Assembly: GCA_013203315.1 (NCBI GenBank)
Contig: JABMQJ010000012.1
Coordinates: 1 to 64,000, forward strand
Length of the DNA stretch: 64,000 nt
Direction of reading: 5' to 3'
Source of the DNA: Candidatus Omnitrophota bacterium
GTDB taxonomy: Bacteria > Omnitrophota > Gorgyraeia > JABMRN01 > RBG-13-46-9
How positions within the stretch are numbered: the stretch's first letter is position 1; each line of letters opens with the position of its first letter. A model generated the notes under the pieces. The model ran no database searches, was not told the origin of the DNA, and saw only the letters and a program-made list of their open reading frames with translations. The position numbers and the translations under genes were made by a program. Shown piece by piece: positions 11,991 to 22,478 of the stretch.

Positions 11991-13169
11991 ATGAAAAAAA
12001 CGATACGCGACATTGATATAAAAGGAAAAAGAGTTCTAATGCGCGTGGATTTCAACGTGCCCCTGGACGAAAAACAGAATATTACAGACGATACACGAAT
12101 CAAAAGCGTGCTCCCCACAATAAAGTATGCCCAAAACGCCCCCTCAAAGCTTATATTAATGAGCCATCTCGGAAGGCCAAAGGGGAGCGTAAATCCCCAG
12201 ATGAGTCTGGGGCCATGCGGAGAGAGACTTTCAAAGCTTTTGGGTAAAGACGTAAAGATGCTAAAGGACTGTGTTGGCTCTTCGGTCGAAGAAGAAGTGA
12301 GCAAAATGAAAGACGGAGACGTTGTTCTCCTGGAGAACCTGCGTTTTCATAAAGAAGAAACAAAAAATGACCCGCAATTTGCCGAATCCCTTGCCAAATT
12401 AGGCGATGTATTTATTAATGACGCTTTTGGCACTTGCCACAGGGCGCACGCTTCAACCGAAGGGATTACTAAATATTTACCGAGCGCTATGGGATTTTTG
12501 GTGGAAAAAGAAATAGAATACTTCGATAAAGTTCTCAATAATCCCGATAAGCCGGTTGCCCTTATCCTGGGGGGTGCTAAGGTTTCAGACAAAATCGCTG
12601 TTATAGAGAATATGCTTAAGGATATAGATTTTCTTTTGATTGGCGGAGCAATGGCATACACCTTTCTAAAATCACGCCTTAAGGGAGTAGGAAGTTCCAG
12701 GGTGGAGGAAGATAAAATTGAAACCGCATCGGAAATTTTCCAGAAAGCCAGGGACAATAACGTAAGCATATTTTTACCGGAAGACCATGTTATTGCCAAG
12801 GCCATAACACCTACCGCGCGAACCAGGGTCGTAAGGGAACATATTCCTGACGGCTGGATAGGCCTTGACATAGGCCCGAGAACGATCAAAAAGTTCAAAA
12901 ACGCCCTTAAAGGCGCAAAGACCATACTCTGGAACGGCCCGGTGGGCTATTTTGAAATGAAACCTTTTAAGAGGGGCACAACCGATATCGCAAAATTCAT
13001 ATCCCGGCTTGATGCCACAACCGTAATAGGCGGCGGCGACACGGCTGCGGCGATAAACGCGCTGGGCCTCGCCAAGAAGATGAGCCACATCTCAACCGGC
13101 GGCGGTGCATCCTTGGAGTATTTGGAAGGGAAAGAACTGCCGGGCATAAAAGCTTTGCAGGATAAATAA
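11991..13169 (+). CDS. pgk: Phosphoglycerate kinase
   Basis: RVDFNVP, SHLGRP, LLENLRF, GGAKVSDKI, HISTGGGASLE. Confidence 0.98.
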   Translation: MKKTIRDIDIKGKRVLMRVDFNVPLDEKQNITDDTRIKSVLPTIKYAQNAPSKLILMSHLGRPKGSVNPQMSLGPCGERLSKLLGKDVKMLKDCVGSSVEEEVSKMKDGDVVLLENLRFHKEETKNDPQFAESLAKLGDVFINDAFGTCHRAHASTEGITKYLPSAMGFLVEKEIEYFDKVLNNPDKPVALILGGAKVSDKIAVIENMLKDIDFLLIGGAMAYTFLKSRLKGVGSSRVEEDKIETASEIFQKARDNNVSIFLPEDHVIAKAITPTARTRVVREHIPDGWIGLDIGPRTIKKFKNALKGAKTILWNGPVGYFEMKPFKRGTTDIAKFISRLDATTVIGGGDTAAAINALGLAKKMSHISTGGGASLEYLEGKELPGIKALQDK

Positions 13170-13185
13170 GTTTTGGGGGAGCAAT

Positions 13186-13953
13186 ATGCGTAAACCGATA
13201 ATAGCGGGAAACTGGAAGATGCATAAAACCGTTGAAGAGGCAATTGTACTCGCAAACGCGATAAAAAGAGATGTATTTGACATAGAAGACGTGGAAATCG
13301 TTCTCTGCCCGCCGTTTACATCGCTGGGTGACGTTAAAGACGTAATTCTTGAAACAAATATTTCTTTAGGCGCGCAGAATATGCACTGGGAAGCCGAGGG
13401 TGCCAAGACAGGCGAGATTTCTTCAAAAATGTTGAAGCAGATAGGGTGCAAATATGTTATAATAGGGCACTCTGAAAGAAGGGCATATTTCGGCGAAACC
13501 AACCAGACCGTGAATAATAAGGTAGGTGCCGCCTTAAAAGAAGGGCTCTTTCCTATAATGTGCGTGGGCGAAAAACTGGAAGAACGCGAAAGCGGCAAAG
13601 CCTTCGATATAATTTCAGGGCACATAGAAGGAGGCCTCGTAAATATCGGGCCTGAAGAAATTTTAAATTTAGTTATCGCATACGAACCCGTATGGGCGAT
13701 AGGAACCGGCAAGAACGCAACGCCTGACCAGGCCCAGGAAGTGCATAAGTTTATTCGGGGATTACTTGCAAAAAAATACGGTAAGGATACCTCGGAGAAG
13801 ATTCGAATTCAGTATGGGGGAAGCGTGAAGCCCTCCAATATCGAGAGTCTTATCGGGGAAAAAGACATAGACGGCGCTTTAGTAGGAGGCGCGTCCCTTA
13901 AGTCAGAGAGTTTTGTTGAACTTGTGAAAAAGTCTTCGCAGGTTGTGAAATAA
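13186..13953 (+). CDS. tpiA: Triosephosphate isomerase
   Basis: GNWKMH, GHSERR, AYEPVWAIGTG, YGGSVK, LVGGASL. Confidence 0.98.
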   Translation: MRKPIIAGNWKMHKTVEEAIVLANAIKRDVFDIEDVEIVLCPPFTSLGDVKDVILETNISLGAQNMHWEAEGAKTGEISSKMLKQIGCKYVIIGHSERRAYFGETNQTVNNKVGAALKEGLFPIMCVGEKLEERESGKAFDIISGHIEGGLVNIGPEEILNLVIAYEPVWAIGTGKNATPDQAQEVHKFIRGLLAKKYGKDTSEKIRIQYGGSVKPSNIESLIGEKDIDGALVGGASLKSESFVELVKKSSQVVK

Positions 13954-13990
13954 ATAGAGACGCTTGAGGTCTCTTATAATAGGAGAAAAT

Positions 13991-14380
13991 ATGGCTTACG
14001 GTTTAGCTATAGGTGTTCATGTAATTGCGTGTCTGATTTTAATTGTAGTAATACTTCTGCAGGCAGGTCGCGGCGGGGGATTGAGTGAGGCCTTCGGCGG
14101 CGGCGAATCAAGCCAGACTATTTTTGGCACGAAGATATCCGTTTTTTTAACAAAGGCCACGGTTGTTGCGGCATGCCTTTTTCTGATTACATCTCTGCTC
14201 TTAGGGATAATGACATCCAGGAGGGGAAGGAGCTTAGTCGAAATGGAAAGGCGAAGGGCGGTGGCTCTTCCCGGTACGGTTCCCATCCCGAAGAATTTAA
14301 CAGAACAGTCTAAAGAAGTCGAAGTTACCGACAAAGAGGATCTCCCTCTTGCGAAACCCGACAAGAAGCCTACAGAGTAA
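13991..14380 (+). CDS. secG: Preprotein translocase subunit SecG
   Basis: Two TM helices around LLQAGRGGGLSEAFGGG; follows tpiA; ATG 13991 preceded by AGGAG. Confidence 0.92.
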   Translation: MAYGLAIGVHVIACLILIVVILLQAGRGGGLSEAFGGGESSQTIFGTKISVFLTKATVVAACLFLITSLLLGIMTSRRGRSLVEMERRRAVALPGTVPIPKNLTEQSKEVEVTDKEDLPLAKPDKKPTE

Positions 14381-16031
14381 TATACAAAAAATACCGCTAT
14401 TTTTTATAATAGCGGTATTTTTTTTACTATACCTAACCACTCCGAGCGCGAACGGGGACAGGTCTTCTCCTGACACTATACTGCCTGATGAAAGACCTGT
14501 CCCCGCCGAACCTGTCTACGGAGACGCATTCGTAGTCGGCCAGATAGGCGATGCGCGCACGTTAGTTCCCATATTAGCCTCAGACAGCCCATCCTCTTAT
14601 ATCGTGGCCCTTGTATTCAATGGACTTCTAAAATATGACAAAAACGTAGAGCTCATAGGCGACTTGGCCGAATCCTGGACGATAGAAGACGACGGCTTAT
14701 CAATAGTATTTTTCTTGAGAAGAAATGTTAAGTGGCATGATGGGCACCCCTTTACAGCAAAAGACGTTGAATTTACGTACAAATCAATAATAGACCCGAA
14801 CGTACCCACCCCGTATAGCGGTGATTTTAAAATGATTAAAACACTCGCTGTCATTGACGATTATACCGTAAAAATAACTTATAAAGAACCATTTGCCCCG
14901 GGCTTGACAAGTTGGGGCATGCCGATTATGCCCAAGCACATCCTGGAAGGCCAAGATCTTCTTACCACGGATTTCGCGCGCAACCCCATAGGAACCGGAC
15001 CTTATAAATTTAAAAGATGGAAAACCGGCGAAAGGATTGATCTTGTATCCAATCACGAATATTTCAGGCATCGCCCCTACATAGACAGGTATATATATAG
15101 GGTAATACCGGATACGGCGACAATGTTCCTGGAATTGAAAACAGGCGGCATAGATGAAATGGGGCTTACGCCGCTACAGTTTACAAGGCAGACAGACACG
15201 GCGTTTTTTAAAAAGCGTTTTCAAAAATTTAAATACCCCTCTTTCGGCTACACCTTCCTGGCGTATAATCTTAAAGACGAAAAATTCATGGATAAAAATG
15301 TCCGACAGGCGCTTAATTATGCCGTAGATAAAAATGAAATAATAGACGGCGTTCTTTTGGGGCAGGGAAGAGTTTGTACGGGGCAGTTTGTTCCGGAATC
15401 CTGGGCCTTTAATAAGGATGTAAAGCCATGGCCCTATGATCCCAAAAAAGCCAAAGTAATGTTGAAAGAGTCAGGTTGGCAGGATACCGATCGTGACGGC
15501 TGGCTTGATAAAAACGGTAAGATTTTTGAATTTACAATACTTACAAATCAAGGTAATGAAACCCGGCGCCAGACGGCTGAAATCATGCAGAGGCGCCTTA
15601 GGGATATCGGCGTTAAGGTAAATATAAGGATTCTGGAATGGTCCGTTTTCTTGAACGAATTCGTGAATAAAAAAAGATTCGAAGCAATCATTCTAGGGTG
15701 GGGTCTCGGCAGGGAGCCGGACTGCTTTGACATATTTCATTCTTCAAAAACAAAAGAAGGCGAATTTAATTTTATAAGTTATTCAAATTCCGAAATAGAC
15801 CGTCTTCTCATAGAAGGAAGGCGCACATTCGATAGGGAAAAGAGAAAAGAAATTTATAATAGAATTCACGAAATTCTCTACACCGATCAGCCGTACATGT
15901 TTTTATATATACCGGATTCACTGGTCGCGGTAGATAGCCGTTTTCAGGGGATAGAAGTCTCACCGATCGGCATCGGTTACAATTTCATCGATTGGTGGGT
16001 ACCTAAGGCTAGGCAGCGATACAGGTATTAA
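14349..16031 (+). CDS. ABC transporter peptide-binding protein (SBP family 5, OppA/AppA-like)
   Basis: N-terminal hydrophobic segment, [33 protein letters not shown] start inside secG is uncertain. Confidence 0.9.
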   Translation: MRNPTRSLQSNIQKIPLFFIIAVFFLLYLTTPSANGDRSSPDTILPDERPVPAEPVYGDAFVVGQIGDARTLVPILASDSPSSYIVALVFNGLLKYDKNVELIGDLAESWTIEDDGLSIVFFLRRNVKWHDGHPFTAKDVEFTYKSIIDPNVPTPYSGDFKMIKTLAVIDDYTVKITYKEPFAPGLTSWGMPIMPKHILEGQDLLTTDFARNPIGTGPYKFKRWKTGERIDLVSNHEYFRHRPYIDRYIYRVIPDTATMFLELKTGGIDEMGLTPLQFTRQTDTAFFKKRFQKFKYPSFGYTFLAYNLKDEKFMDKNVRQALNYAVDKNEIIDGVLLGQGRVCTGQFVPESWAFNKDVKPWPYDPKKAKVMLKESGWQDTDRDGWLDKNGKIFEFTILTNQGNETRRQTAEIMQRRLRDIGVKVNIRILEWSVFLNEFVNKKRFEAIILGWGLGREPDCFDIFHSSKTKEGEFNFISYSNSEIDRLLIEGRRTFDREKRKEIYNRIHEILYTDQPYMFLYIPDSLVAVDSRFQGIEVSPIGIGYNFIDWWVPKARQRYRY

Positions 16032-16032
16032 C

Positions 16033-17007
16033 ATGCTGAAATACATATTAAAGCGTTTACTGCACATGATCCCTATCTTGCTGGGGATCACACTTATCTC
16101 ATTTGCCGTAATTCATCTGGCGCCGGGTAAACCGACGGATTTGATGCTTCAATTAAACCCTAAAGTCGATTTTGAGGCGCGCGAAAAATTAAATAGAATT
16201 TATGGCTTTGACAAGCCTCTCTACGTTCAGTATCTAAACTGGATGAAGAAACTCTCGCGATTAGATTTCGGAAAAAGTTTTATCGACAATAGGCCCGTTA
16301 TCGAGAAGATCAGAGAGAGGCTCCCTATAACGATATTTATAAACGTCCTGGCCATGACGACAATTTTCCTGCTTTCGATACCCATCGGAATAAAAAGTGC
16401 CGTTAGGCGGGGTTCTGTTTTTGACAAAACAACAACGGTTTTTGTTTTCTTGGGTTTCGCGGCGCCGAGTTTTTGGCTGGGGTTACTTCTCATGTCCTTT
16501 TTCGGGGTAAGGCTCGGGATCCTACCGGTTTCGGGGATAGCCTCGCTTGATTTTGAAAATTTTTCAACCCTTGGAAAAATTGCGGATGTTTCCAAGCATC
16601 TCATTCTACCCGTTGCCGTAGCGAGTATCGGGGGATTGGCCGGGGTGTCTCGATACATGCGCCAGAGCATGTTAAATGTTATTTCGCAGGATTACATAAA
16701 AACAGCCCGGGCGAAAGGGCTTCCCGAAAAAACAGTAATCTACAAGCACGCTTTAAGAAACGCGTTACTGCCCATAATTACAATTCTTGGACTCTCAATT
16801 CCGGGACTCATATCAGGAAGCGTGATTTTGGAGACAATTTTTAGTATACCGGGAATGGGACGCCTCATGGTCGAATCTGTTTTTACGCGGGATTACAACG
16901 TTATAATGGCGGGCCTTGTAATAAGCGCGCTTCTTACTTTGATCGGAAATCTAATCGCGGATATCGCCTACGTGCACGCGGATCCACGCATAAGGTATAA
17001 ACGATGA
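16033..17007 (+). CDS. Peptide ABC transporter permease (OppB/AppB-like)
   Basis: [14 protein letters not shown] loop, [20 protein letters not shown]. Confidence 0.93.
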   Translation: MLKYILKRLLHMIPILLGITLISFAVIHLAPGKPTDLMLQLNPKVDFEAREKLNRIYGFDKPLYVQYLNWMKKLSRLDFGKSFIDNRPVIEKIRERLPITIFINVLAMTTIFLLSIPIGIKSAVRRGSVFDKTTTVFVFLGFAAPSFWLGLLLMSFFGVRLGILPVSGIASLDFENFSTLGKIADVSKHLILPVAVASIGGLAGVSRYMRQSMLNVISQDYIKTARAKGLPEKTVIYKHALRNALLPIITILGLSIPGLISGSVILETIFSIPGMGRLMVESVFTRDYNVIMAGLVISALLTLIGNLIADIAYVHADPRIRYKR

Positions 17008-17819
17008 AGAAGCTTTTTCGGAATAAATTAACGGTATTCGGTGCAGGCATAATACTCTTTCTTCTTATCGTAGCGATTTTTGCGCCGCAAATTTCAAGAT
17101 ATGACCCGACGTATATCGATATAAAAGAGGCCCTGCTTCGGCCGTCCGCCGAACACCTGCTTGGCACGGATTCTCTCGGGAGAGACCTTTTCTCCAGAAT
17201 GGTATATGCCGCTCGAATAGCGCTTTTAATAGGTTTTGTCGCCGTGGGCCTGGCAGCAGTAATAGGCGTGATCCTGGGTTCTGTTGCAGGATACTTCGGG
17301 GGCAAAATCGATTCTTTGATCATGCGTTTTGCGGATATAATGCTTTGTTTCCCGCGATTTTTCCTTATTCTTGCGGTTATCGCGGTTGTGGGCCCCAACA
17401 TTTTTAATGTAATGATTATTATAGGCCTTACGGGGTGGATGGGCATGGCGCGGCTCATAAGAGCGGAGATATTAAGTTTAAAAATAAGAGACTATGTTTC
17501 GGCATCAAGGGCGCTTGGGGCGAGCGATGTTTTCATAATAACAAGACACCTTATACCTAACGGCATAGGGCCCGTTCTGGTGAGTTTTGTTTTCGGTGTT
17601 GCAGGAGCAATTCTTACGGAAGCAGGGTTAAGTTTTCTTGGCCTAGGAGTACAGCCGCCTAACCCGAGCTGGGGAAATATTCTCATGGAAGGCAAAGCGG
17701 TTCTGGGCGTTGCCTGGTGGGTAATTCTTTTTCCAGGGCTGGCGATTTTAATTACAGTGCTTGCGTTTAATCTTGTAGGAGAGGGTCTAAGGGATTCGCT
17801 TAACCCGAAACAGGGATAA
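17004..17819 (+). CDS. Peptide ABC transporter permease (OppC/AppC-like)
   Basis: [26 protein letters not shown]. Confidence 0.93.
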   Translation: MKKLFRNKLTVFGAGIILFLLIVAIFAPQISRYDPTYIDIKEALLRPSAEHLLGTDSLGRDLFSRMVYAARIALLIGFVAVGLAAVIGVILGSVAGYFGGKIDSLIMRFADIMLCFPRFFLILAVIAVVGPNIFNVMIIIGLTGWMGMARLIRAEILSLKIRDYVSASRALGASDVFIITRHLIPNGIGPVLVSFVFGVAGAILTEAGLSFLGLGVQPPNPSWGNILMEGKAVLGVAWWVILFPGLAILITVLAFNLVGEGLRDSLNPKQG

Positions 17820-17821
17820 CT

Positions 17822-19378
17822 ATGCTTTTAAAAATAAAAAACCTAAAAATACAATTTACGCATGACGGAAAAGTCATGAAAGCCGTGGACGGTATTGACT
17901 TTGAAATAAAAGAAAACGAGGTCGTGGGGCTTGTAGGGGAATCCGGGAGCGGAAAAACCGTTACCGCACTTTCGATAATGAAACTGCTTCCGACAAAGGA
18001 TTGCACGACATCCGGCGAAATTATTTTTGAAGGAAAAGATTTAGCGATCTCAAATGAAAAAGAAATCCGGAGCGTAAGGGGCTCTAAAATAACGATGGTT
18101 TTCCAGGAACCGTTCACCTCGCTAAATCCTGTCATGAGAGCGGGGGAGCAAATAAGAGAGGCAATTTTTGCGCACAGGAAAATATCAAAAAAAGAAGCTG
18201 AAGAAAAAAGTATAAGCCTTTTAGAAAAAGTAAAGATAAGCGATCCTCACAGAATTTACGATTCTTACCCGCACCTTCTTTCCGGTGGGGAAAGGCAAAG
18301 GGTAATGATCGCGATGGCAATTGCAATGAGACCTAAGCTTTTGATTGCCGATGAGCCTACGACCGCGCTTGACGTAACTATACAATCCGAAATTTTGGAG
18401 CTTCTACTAGGGTTGAAAAAAGATCTAAATATGTCGGTTCTTTTTATCACTCATGATTTTGGCATCATAAATAAAGTTGCCGACAGGGTTCTTGTCTTAA
18501 ACGGCGGGAAAATCATAGAGAGAGGAGAGAAAAAGGATATTCTTTCCGCGCCCAAAGAAGATTACACGAAAAAACTTCTTCTCGCCGTTCCGAAGATTAC
18601 CTTTGCACCCGGGAAAAAGGAAATGCCCGGTGAAAAAAGCGCGATAACGGCTGAAAAACTGAATAAGACTTTCATAATCGAAAATGGTATTTTTAAAAAA
18701 GATGAAAATAGGGTGTGTGCGGTCAGAGATGTGAATTTGGAAATAAAAAAGGGAAGAACACTTGGCGTAGTCGGTGAGTCCGGTTCCGGCAAGACAACCC
18801 TGGGAAAACTTTTAATAGGTTTATTAAAACCCGATTCCGGCAGTATACGATATAGCCGGAAGACTGCCTTCGCATCCGGTATCCAGATTGTGTTCCAGGA
18901 CCCCTACAGTTCTTTGGATCCGCGGATGAGGATGCAGGACATCGTTCTTGAGGGTCTTACGATTAGTGGGGTGAATAAAGAGAAAAAGGAATCGGTTCTA
19001 CGGGACGTGCTTTTTAAAGTGCACTTAAATTATAAAAATCGGATGAAATACCCGCACCAGTTTTCAGGCGGACAAAGACAAAGAATCGCGATTGCGCGGG
19101 CGCTGGCAGTAAATCCGGAGATTCTGATCCTTGACGAACCCGTTTCAAGCCTGGACGTAATAATACAAAAAGAGATCTTAAATCTTTTAAGAGAACTCCA
19201 GAAGGAGTTTTGCCTTACTTACGTATTCATATCGCACGACTTACGTGTTGTCGAATATATGGCTGATAACGTTGCTGTGATGCAGAAAGGCGAGATTGTG
19301 GAGCTTGCGTCTCGCGACGAAATCTACCGCTCACCCAAACACCCTTACACAAAACGCCTCCTCTCAAGCGTGCTGTAA
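17822..19378 (+). CDS. Peptide ABC transporter ATP-binding protein with two fused NBDs (OppD+OppF-like)
   Basis: Two GESGSGKT motifs, LSGGERQR and FSGGQRQR signatures, two DEP Walker B motifs. Confidence 0.93.
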   Translation: MLLKIKNLKIQFTHDGKVMKAVDGIDFEIKENEVVGLVGESGSGKTVTALSIMKLLPTKDCTTSGEIIFEGKDLAISNEKEIRSVRGSKITMVFQEPFTSLNPVMRAGEQIREAIFAHRKISKKEAEEKSISLLEKVKISDPHRIYDSYPHLLSGGERQRVMIAMAIAMRPKLLIADEPTTALDVTIQSEILELLLGLKKDLNMSVLFITHDFGIINKVADRVLVLNGGKIIERGEKKDILSAPKEDYTKKLLLAVPKITFAPGKKEMPGEKSAITAEKLNKTFIIENGIFKKDENRVCAVRDVNLEIKKGRTLGVVGESGSGKTTLGKLLIGLLKPDSGSIRYSRKTAFASGIQIVFQDPYSSLDPRMRMQDIVLEGLTISGVNKEKKESVLRDVLFKVHLNYKNRMKYPHQFSGGQRQRIAIARALAVNPEILILDEPVSSLDVIIQKEILNLLRELQKEFCLTYVFISHDLRVVEYMADNVAVMQKGEIVELASRDEIYRSPKHPYTKRLLSSVL

Positions 19379-19379
19379 G

Positions 19380-19512
19380 TGTACCGTTTGCAATTTTCCG
19401 TCCAACCTGTCCCCAATTCTGAACGTAAAGGTGTCCCTTCTTTGCATTACTAGAGAGACATCTTTAATTTCAGAATTGGGGACAGGTTGCATTGAAAATT
19501 GCAAACGGTACA
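19380..19512. repeat. 133-bp long inverted repeat (MITE/REPIN-like hairpin)
   Basis: Perfect 19-bp arms (19380-19398 / 19494-19512), perfect 21-bp arms (19403-19423 / 19469-19489) and a further imperfect inner stem. Confidence 0.85.
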
Positions 19513-19518
19513 GAATCC

Positions 19519-19547
19519 TTGCAAATCAGGTGCTTTTATTGTATAAT
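19519..19547 (+). promoter_or_regulatory. Sigma70-type promoter for the trehalose operon
   Basis: TTGCAA-17 bp-TATAAT; RBS AAGGA before ATG 19582. Confidence 0.7.
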
Positions 19548-19581
19548 ATTATACTCAAATAATAATAAATAAAGGAATGTC

Positions 19582-21051
19582 ATGCCCTGGACAAAAACGC
19601 AACTCAACGAATCAATTAAGAAAATTATAGGCGATAGGCTGCTTATTATCGCATCCAACAGGGAACCCTATATACACACCTATAAAGAGGGTAAGGTTGA
19701 GTATATTCGGCCGATCGGCGGCGCTGTTACGGCATTGGATCCTGTTATGAGGGTTACCAAGGGAACGTGGGTAGCCTACGGAAGCGGAAATGCCGACAAA
19801 GACGTTGTAGATAAGAAGAACGAAGTAAAAGTCCCTCCCGAAAACCCCAAATATAAACTGAGAAGAATATGGCTCTCTAAGGACGAGGAAAACGGTTACT
19901 ATTATGGGTATTCCAACAAAGCAATGTGGCCGCTTTGCCACATGGCTTATACAAGGCCCGCTTTCGACGATGTAGACTGGGCTTACTATAAAATCGTAAA
20001 CCAGAAATTCGCCGACACGATTCTTGATATCGTCAAGGACCAAAAGGCCTTCGTGTGGATACAGGATTATCATCTTTTGCTTTTGAGTAAACTTTTGAAG
20101 GAAAAAAACAAGAACCTGATTACCGCTCACTTTCTTCATATACCATGGCCCAATCCCGAAGCATTCCGCATATGCCCGCAAAAAAACGAGATACTTGAAG
20201 GGCTTCTGTCAAATAACCTTTTGGGATTTCACATAAGGTACCACTGCAGTAATTTTATGGAGACCGTTAAGCTGGAAATGGAGGCAAGGATTGACACCGA
20301 AAGGACATCCGTTGTTTACGGGGGGCACGAGACGCTTGTGAGGGCATTTCCTATAAGCGTGGATTTTGCGGAAATATCCGAGCAGGCCGAATCAAAAGAA
20401 GTTAAAAGCGCGATGAAAAAATTAAGGCACGAATTTTCGATAGAAAATGACGTTTTTATCATGGTCGGCTTAGACAGAATAGATTACACAAAAGGCATAG
20501 TTGAGAAGATTAGGGCAGTGGACCGTTTCTTCGAAAAATTTCCCGAATATAAAGGCAAGGTCACGTTCATTCAAAAGGGTGGCTTGAGCAGAATGCATAT
20601 ACCCGAATACAAAGAGCTGAACGATACCCTAAACAGGTTGGTAGAGGAAGTAAACTGGAAGCATTCGACCGAAAAGTGGTACCCGATTTTACTTATCAGG
20701 CGCCACATGTCGAGAACAGGGATCATTGCTTTATATAAGATGGCAAACGCGTGCCTGGTGAGTCCCTTGCACGACGGAATGAATCTGGTCTGCAAAGAGT
20801 TTATAGCGACGAAAAACGATTTAAACGGCGTTTTAATCTTGAGCCAGTTTACCGGCGCAGCCAGGGAACTGGACGATGCGATATTCGTAAATCCTTACGA
20901 CAGGGAGAATTTCGCCATAATGCTGAAAGAAGCCGTAGAACTTCCCGATTCAAAAAAGAAAAAAAGGATGAAACGCTTAAGAAGCGTCGTAAAGGAAAAT
21001 AATATTTACAAATGGGCGGGAAAATTCTTAGAAGAATTAAAAAAGATTTAG
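19582..21051 (+). CDS. otsA: Trehalose-6-phosphate synthase (GT20)
   Basis: SNREP, WIQDYHL, FLHIPWP, DRIDYTKG, DGMNLVCKEF, LSQFTGAA. Confidence 0.93.
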   Translation: MPWTKTQLNESIKKIIGDRLLIIASNREPYIHTYKEGKVEYIRPIGGAVTALDPVMRVTKGTWVAYGSGNADKDVVDKKNEVKVPPENPKYKLRRIWLSKDEENGYYYGYSNKAMWPLCHMAYTRPAFDDVDWAYYKIVNQKFADTILDIVKDQKAFVWIQDYHLLLLSKLLKEKNKNLITAHFLHIPWPNPEAFRICPQKNEILEGLLSNNLLGFHIRYHCSNFMETVKLEMEARIDTERTSVVYGGHETLVRAFPISVDFAEISEQAESKEVKSAMKKLRHEFSIENDVFIMVGLDRIDYTKGIVEKIRAVDRFFEKFPEYKGKVTFIQKGGLSRMHIPEYKELNDTLNRLVEEVNWKHSTEKWYPILLIRRHMSRTGIIALYKMANACLVSPLHDGMNLVCKEFIATKNDLNGVLILSQFTGAARELDDAIFVNPYDRENFAIMLKEAVELPDSKKKKRMKRLRSVVKENNIYKWAGKFLEELKKI

Positions 21052-21806
21052 CGGCACGAATTAAGGGCGCGAAAAGAGTAATATTTTTCCTGGATTACGA
21101 CGGCACGTTAGTCCCCATCAAGAAGAGACCATCCCTCGCCAAAATTCATAAAAATACAAAAAACCTCCTTAAGAAACTGGCAAATACTCCTCCTGCAAAA
21201 ATTTTCATCATAAGCGGCCGCTCATTAAAAGACGTAAAAAAGTTGGTCGGCATAAAATCCCTCTACTATATAGGCAACCACGGCATGGAACTCGAGGGCC
21301 CACGCTTAAAATACGTAAACAAATCAGCAAATGCTTTAAAAACTTTTATGCAAAAAAGTTGCCAAATGCTGAAAAAGAGGGTACACTTAAGAGGTGTTGT
21401 TTTAGAAGACAAGACTTACACCTTGAGTTTGCATTATAGACTGGTTGATCCGGGTAAGGTGAAGGCCCTAAAAAAAGTTTTTTTTGAAACATTAAAGCGC
21501 GCTAAAAGTGAAAAAAAGATAAAGGTTACCGAGGGCAAAAAAGTCTTAGAAGTCCGGCCGAATATAAAGTGGGATAAAGGAAAAATATTAAATCAGGTTT
21601 TAAGAGGCATGGGGCAAAAAGGCACCTTGGCTATTTGTATAGGCGATGATAAGACGGACGAAGATGCCTTTAGGGCGCTCGGGAAAAAGGGAGTAAGCAT
21701 AGTCGTTTCGAGAAAGTCCAGAAAAACACGAGCGCAGTACAGGCTAAAATCTCCGAAGGAAGTTTTGAATTTATTAAAATGGTGCAGGCATGAACTGGTG
21801 GACTAA
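21012..21806 (+). CDS. otsB: Trehalose-6-phosphate phosphatase (HAD)
   Basis: FLDYDGTL, ISGR, GNHGME, VLEVRP, GDDKTDEDAF. Confidence 0.93.
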   Translation: MGGKILRRIKKDLAARIKGAKRVIFFLDYDGTLVPIKKRPSLAKIHKNTKNLLKKLANTPPAKIFIISGRSLKDVKKLVGIKSLYYIGNHGMELEGPRLKYVNKSANALKTFMQKSCQMLKKRVHLRGVVLEDKTYTLSLHYRLVDPGKVKALKKVFFETLKRAKSEKKIKVTEGKKVLEVRPNIKWDKGKILNQVLRGMGQKGTLAICIGDDKTDEDAFRALGKKGVSIVVSRKSRKTRAQYRLKSPKEVLNLLKWCRHELVD

Positions 21807-22467
21807 AAAATCATCGAATCCTTTTCAATTTTACACGAGCGTTAAGCTAAGAGAGGTAACGGGGAGAAAAGCCCGTACATTGCGGGAGCTTGTGGAAATT
21901 ATAAAAGAGGTTTCGGGCTCGGTCATATATTATCATACACACGTTTTTCTGCAGAGGCATCAGAACATTTCACCGGAACCGCCGAACGATTTCGCGTTTT
22001 GGGTGTCATCTACTTTGGGGGAGAACAAATTAAGCGAGGAATTGGCAAGCATAGATATATGCGAGTTTAGCACTATTCGTGAGCTTAGAGAAAGAATAAT
22101 AAAAACAATAGAAAATCATTTATTCGAAACAAAAGAGCCCCAGAGATATGCGTTGCAGGGAAAAGAATTCGAGTTTATAAAAGCTCACAGCATTGTCATG
22201 CCTGCCGGTTTTACGGCGCATAACCTTAAAGAATTCGCGACAATCCTGGAGAAGGTTACCATTCATTCGATATATTTTCATATATTTGAGGCAAGATTAA
22301 GGCTGGAGAAAGCCGTCAATGACTTTGCATTCTGGATAGGTACTTCGGTAGGCTCTCCGGAGCTTGCAAAGATTATCGAATCGCTCGATCCTTATACGTT
22401 TACCGGAGAGGGTTTGAGGCGGGAATTGATAAAGATCATAAACGATTGGTGTACCACGCATAAATAA
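21790..22467 (+). CDS. Internally duplicated TreT-associated protein (OrfY/DUF5752-like)
   Basis: Two repeats of A-x-x-L-x-E...IY(Y/F)H...NDFAFW...L...LR...I; sits directly upstream of treT. Confidence 0.75.
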   Translation: MNWWTKKSSNPFQFYTSVKLREVTGRKARTLRELVEIIKEVSGSVIYYHTHVFLQRHQNISPEPPNDFAFWVSSTLGENKLSEELASIDICEFSTIRELRERIIKTIENHLFETKEPQRYALQGKEFEFIKAHSIVMPAGFTAHNLKEFATILEKVTIHSIYFHIFEARLRLEKAVNDFAFWIGTSVGSPELAKIIESLDPYTFTGEGLRRELIKIINDWCTTHK

Positions 22468-22478
22468 TAGGGCCTAAA

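Noticed and set aside
13964-13990. TTG-start N-terminal extension of secG in the ORF track
   Set aside because: ATG 13991 has an AGGAG RBS and gives a normal SecG N-terminus.
19380-19512. CRISPR mini-array, tRNA or autonomous IS
   Set aside because: The repeats are inverted rather than direct, there are no spacers or cloverleaf, and no cas or transposase gene is in the window.
19296-19562. 88-aa ORF across the ABC ATPase end and the palindrome
   Set aside because: It runs through the inverted repeat and the promoter, has no RBS and is not protein-like.
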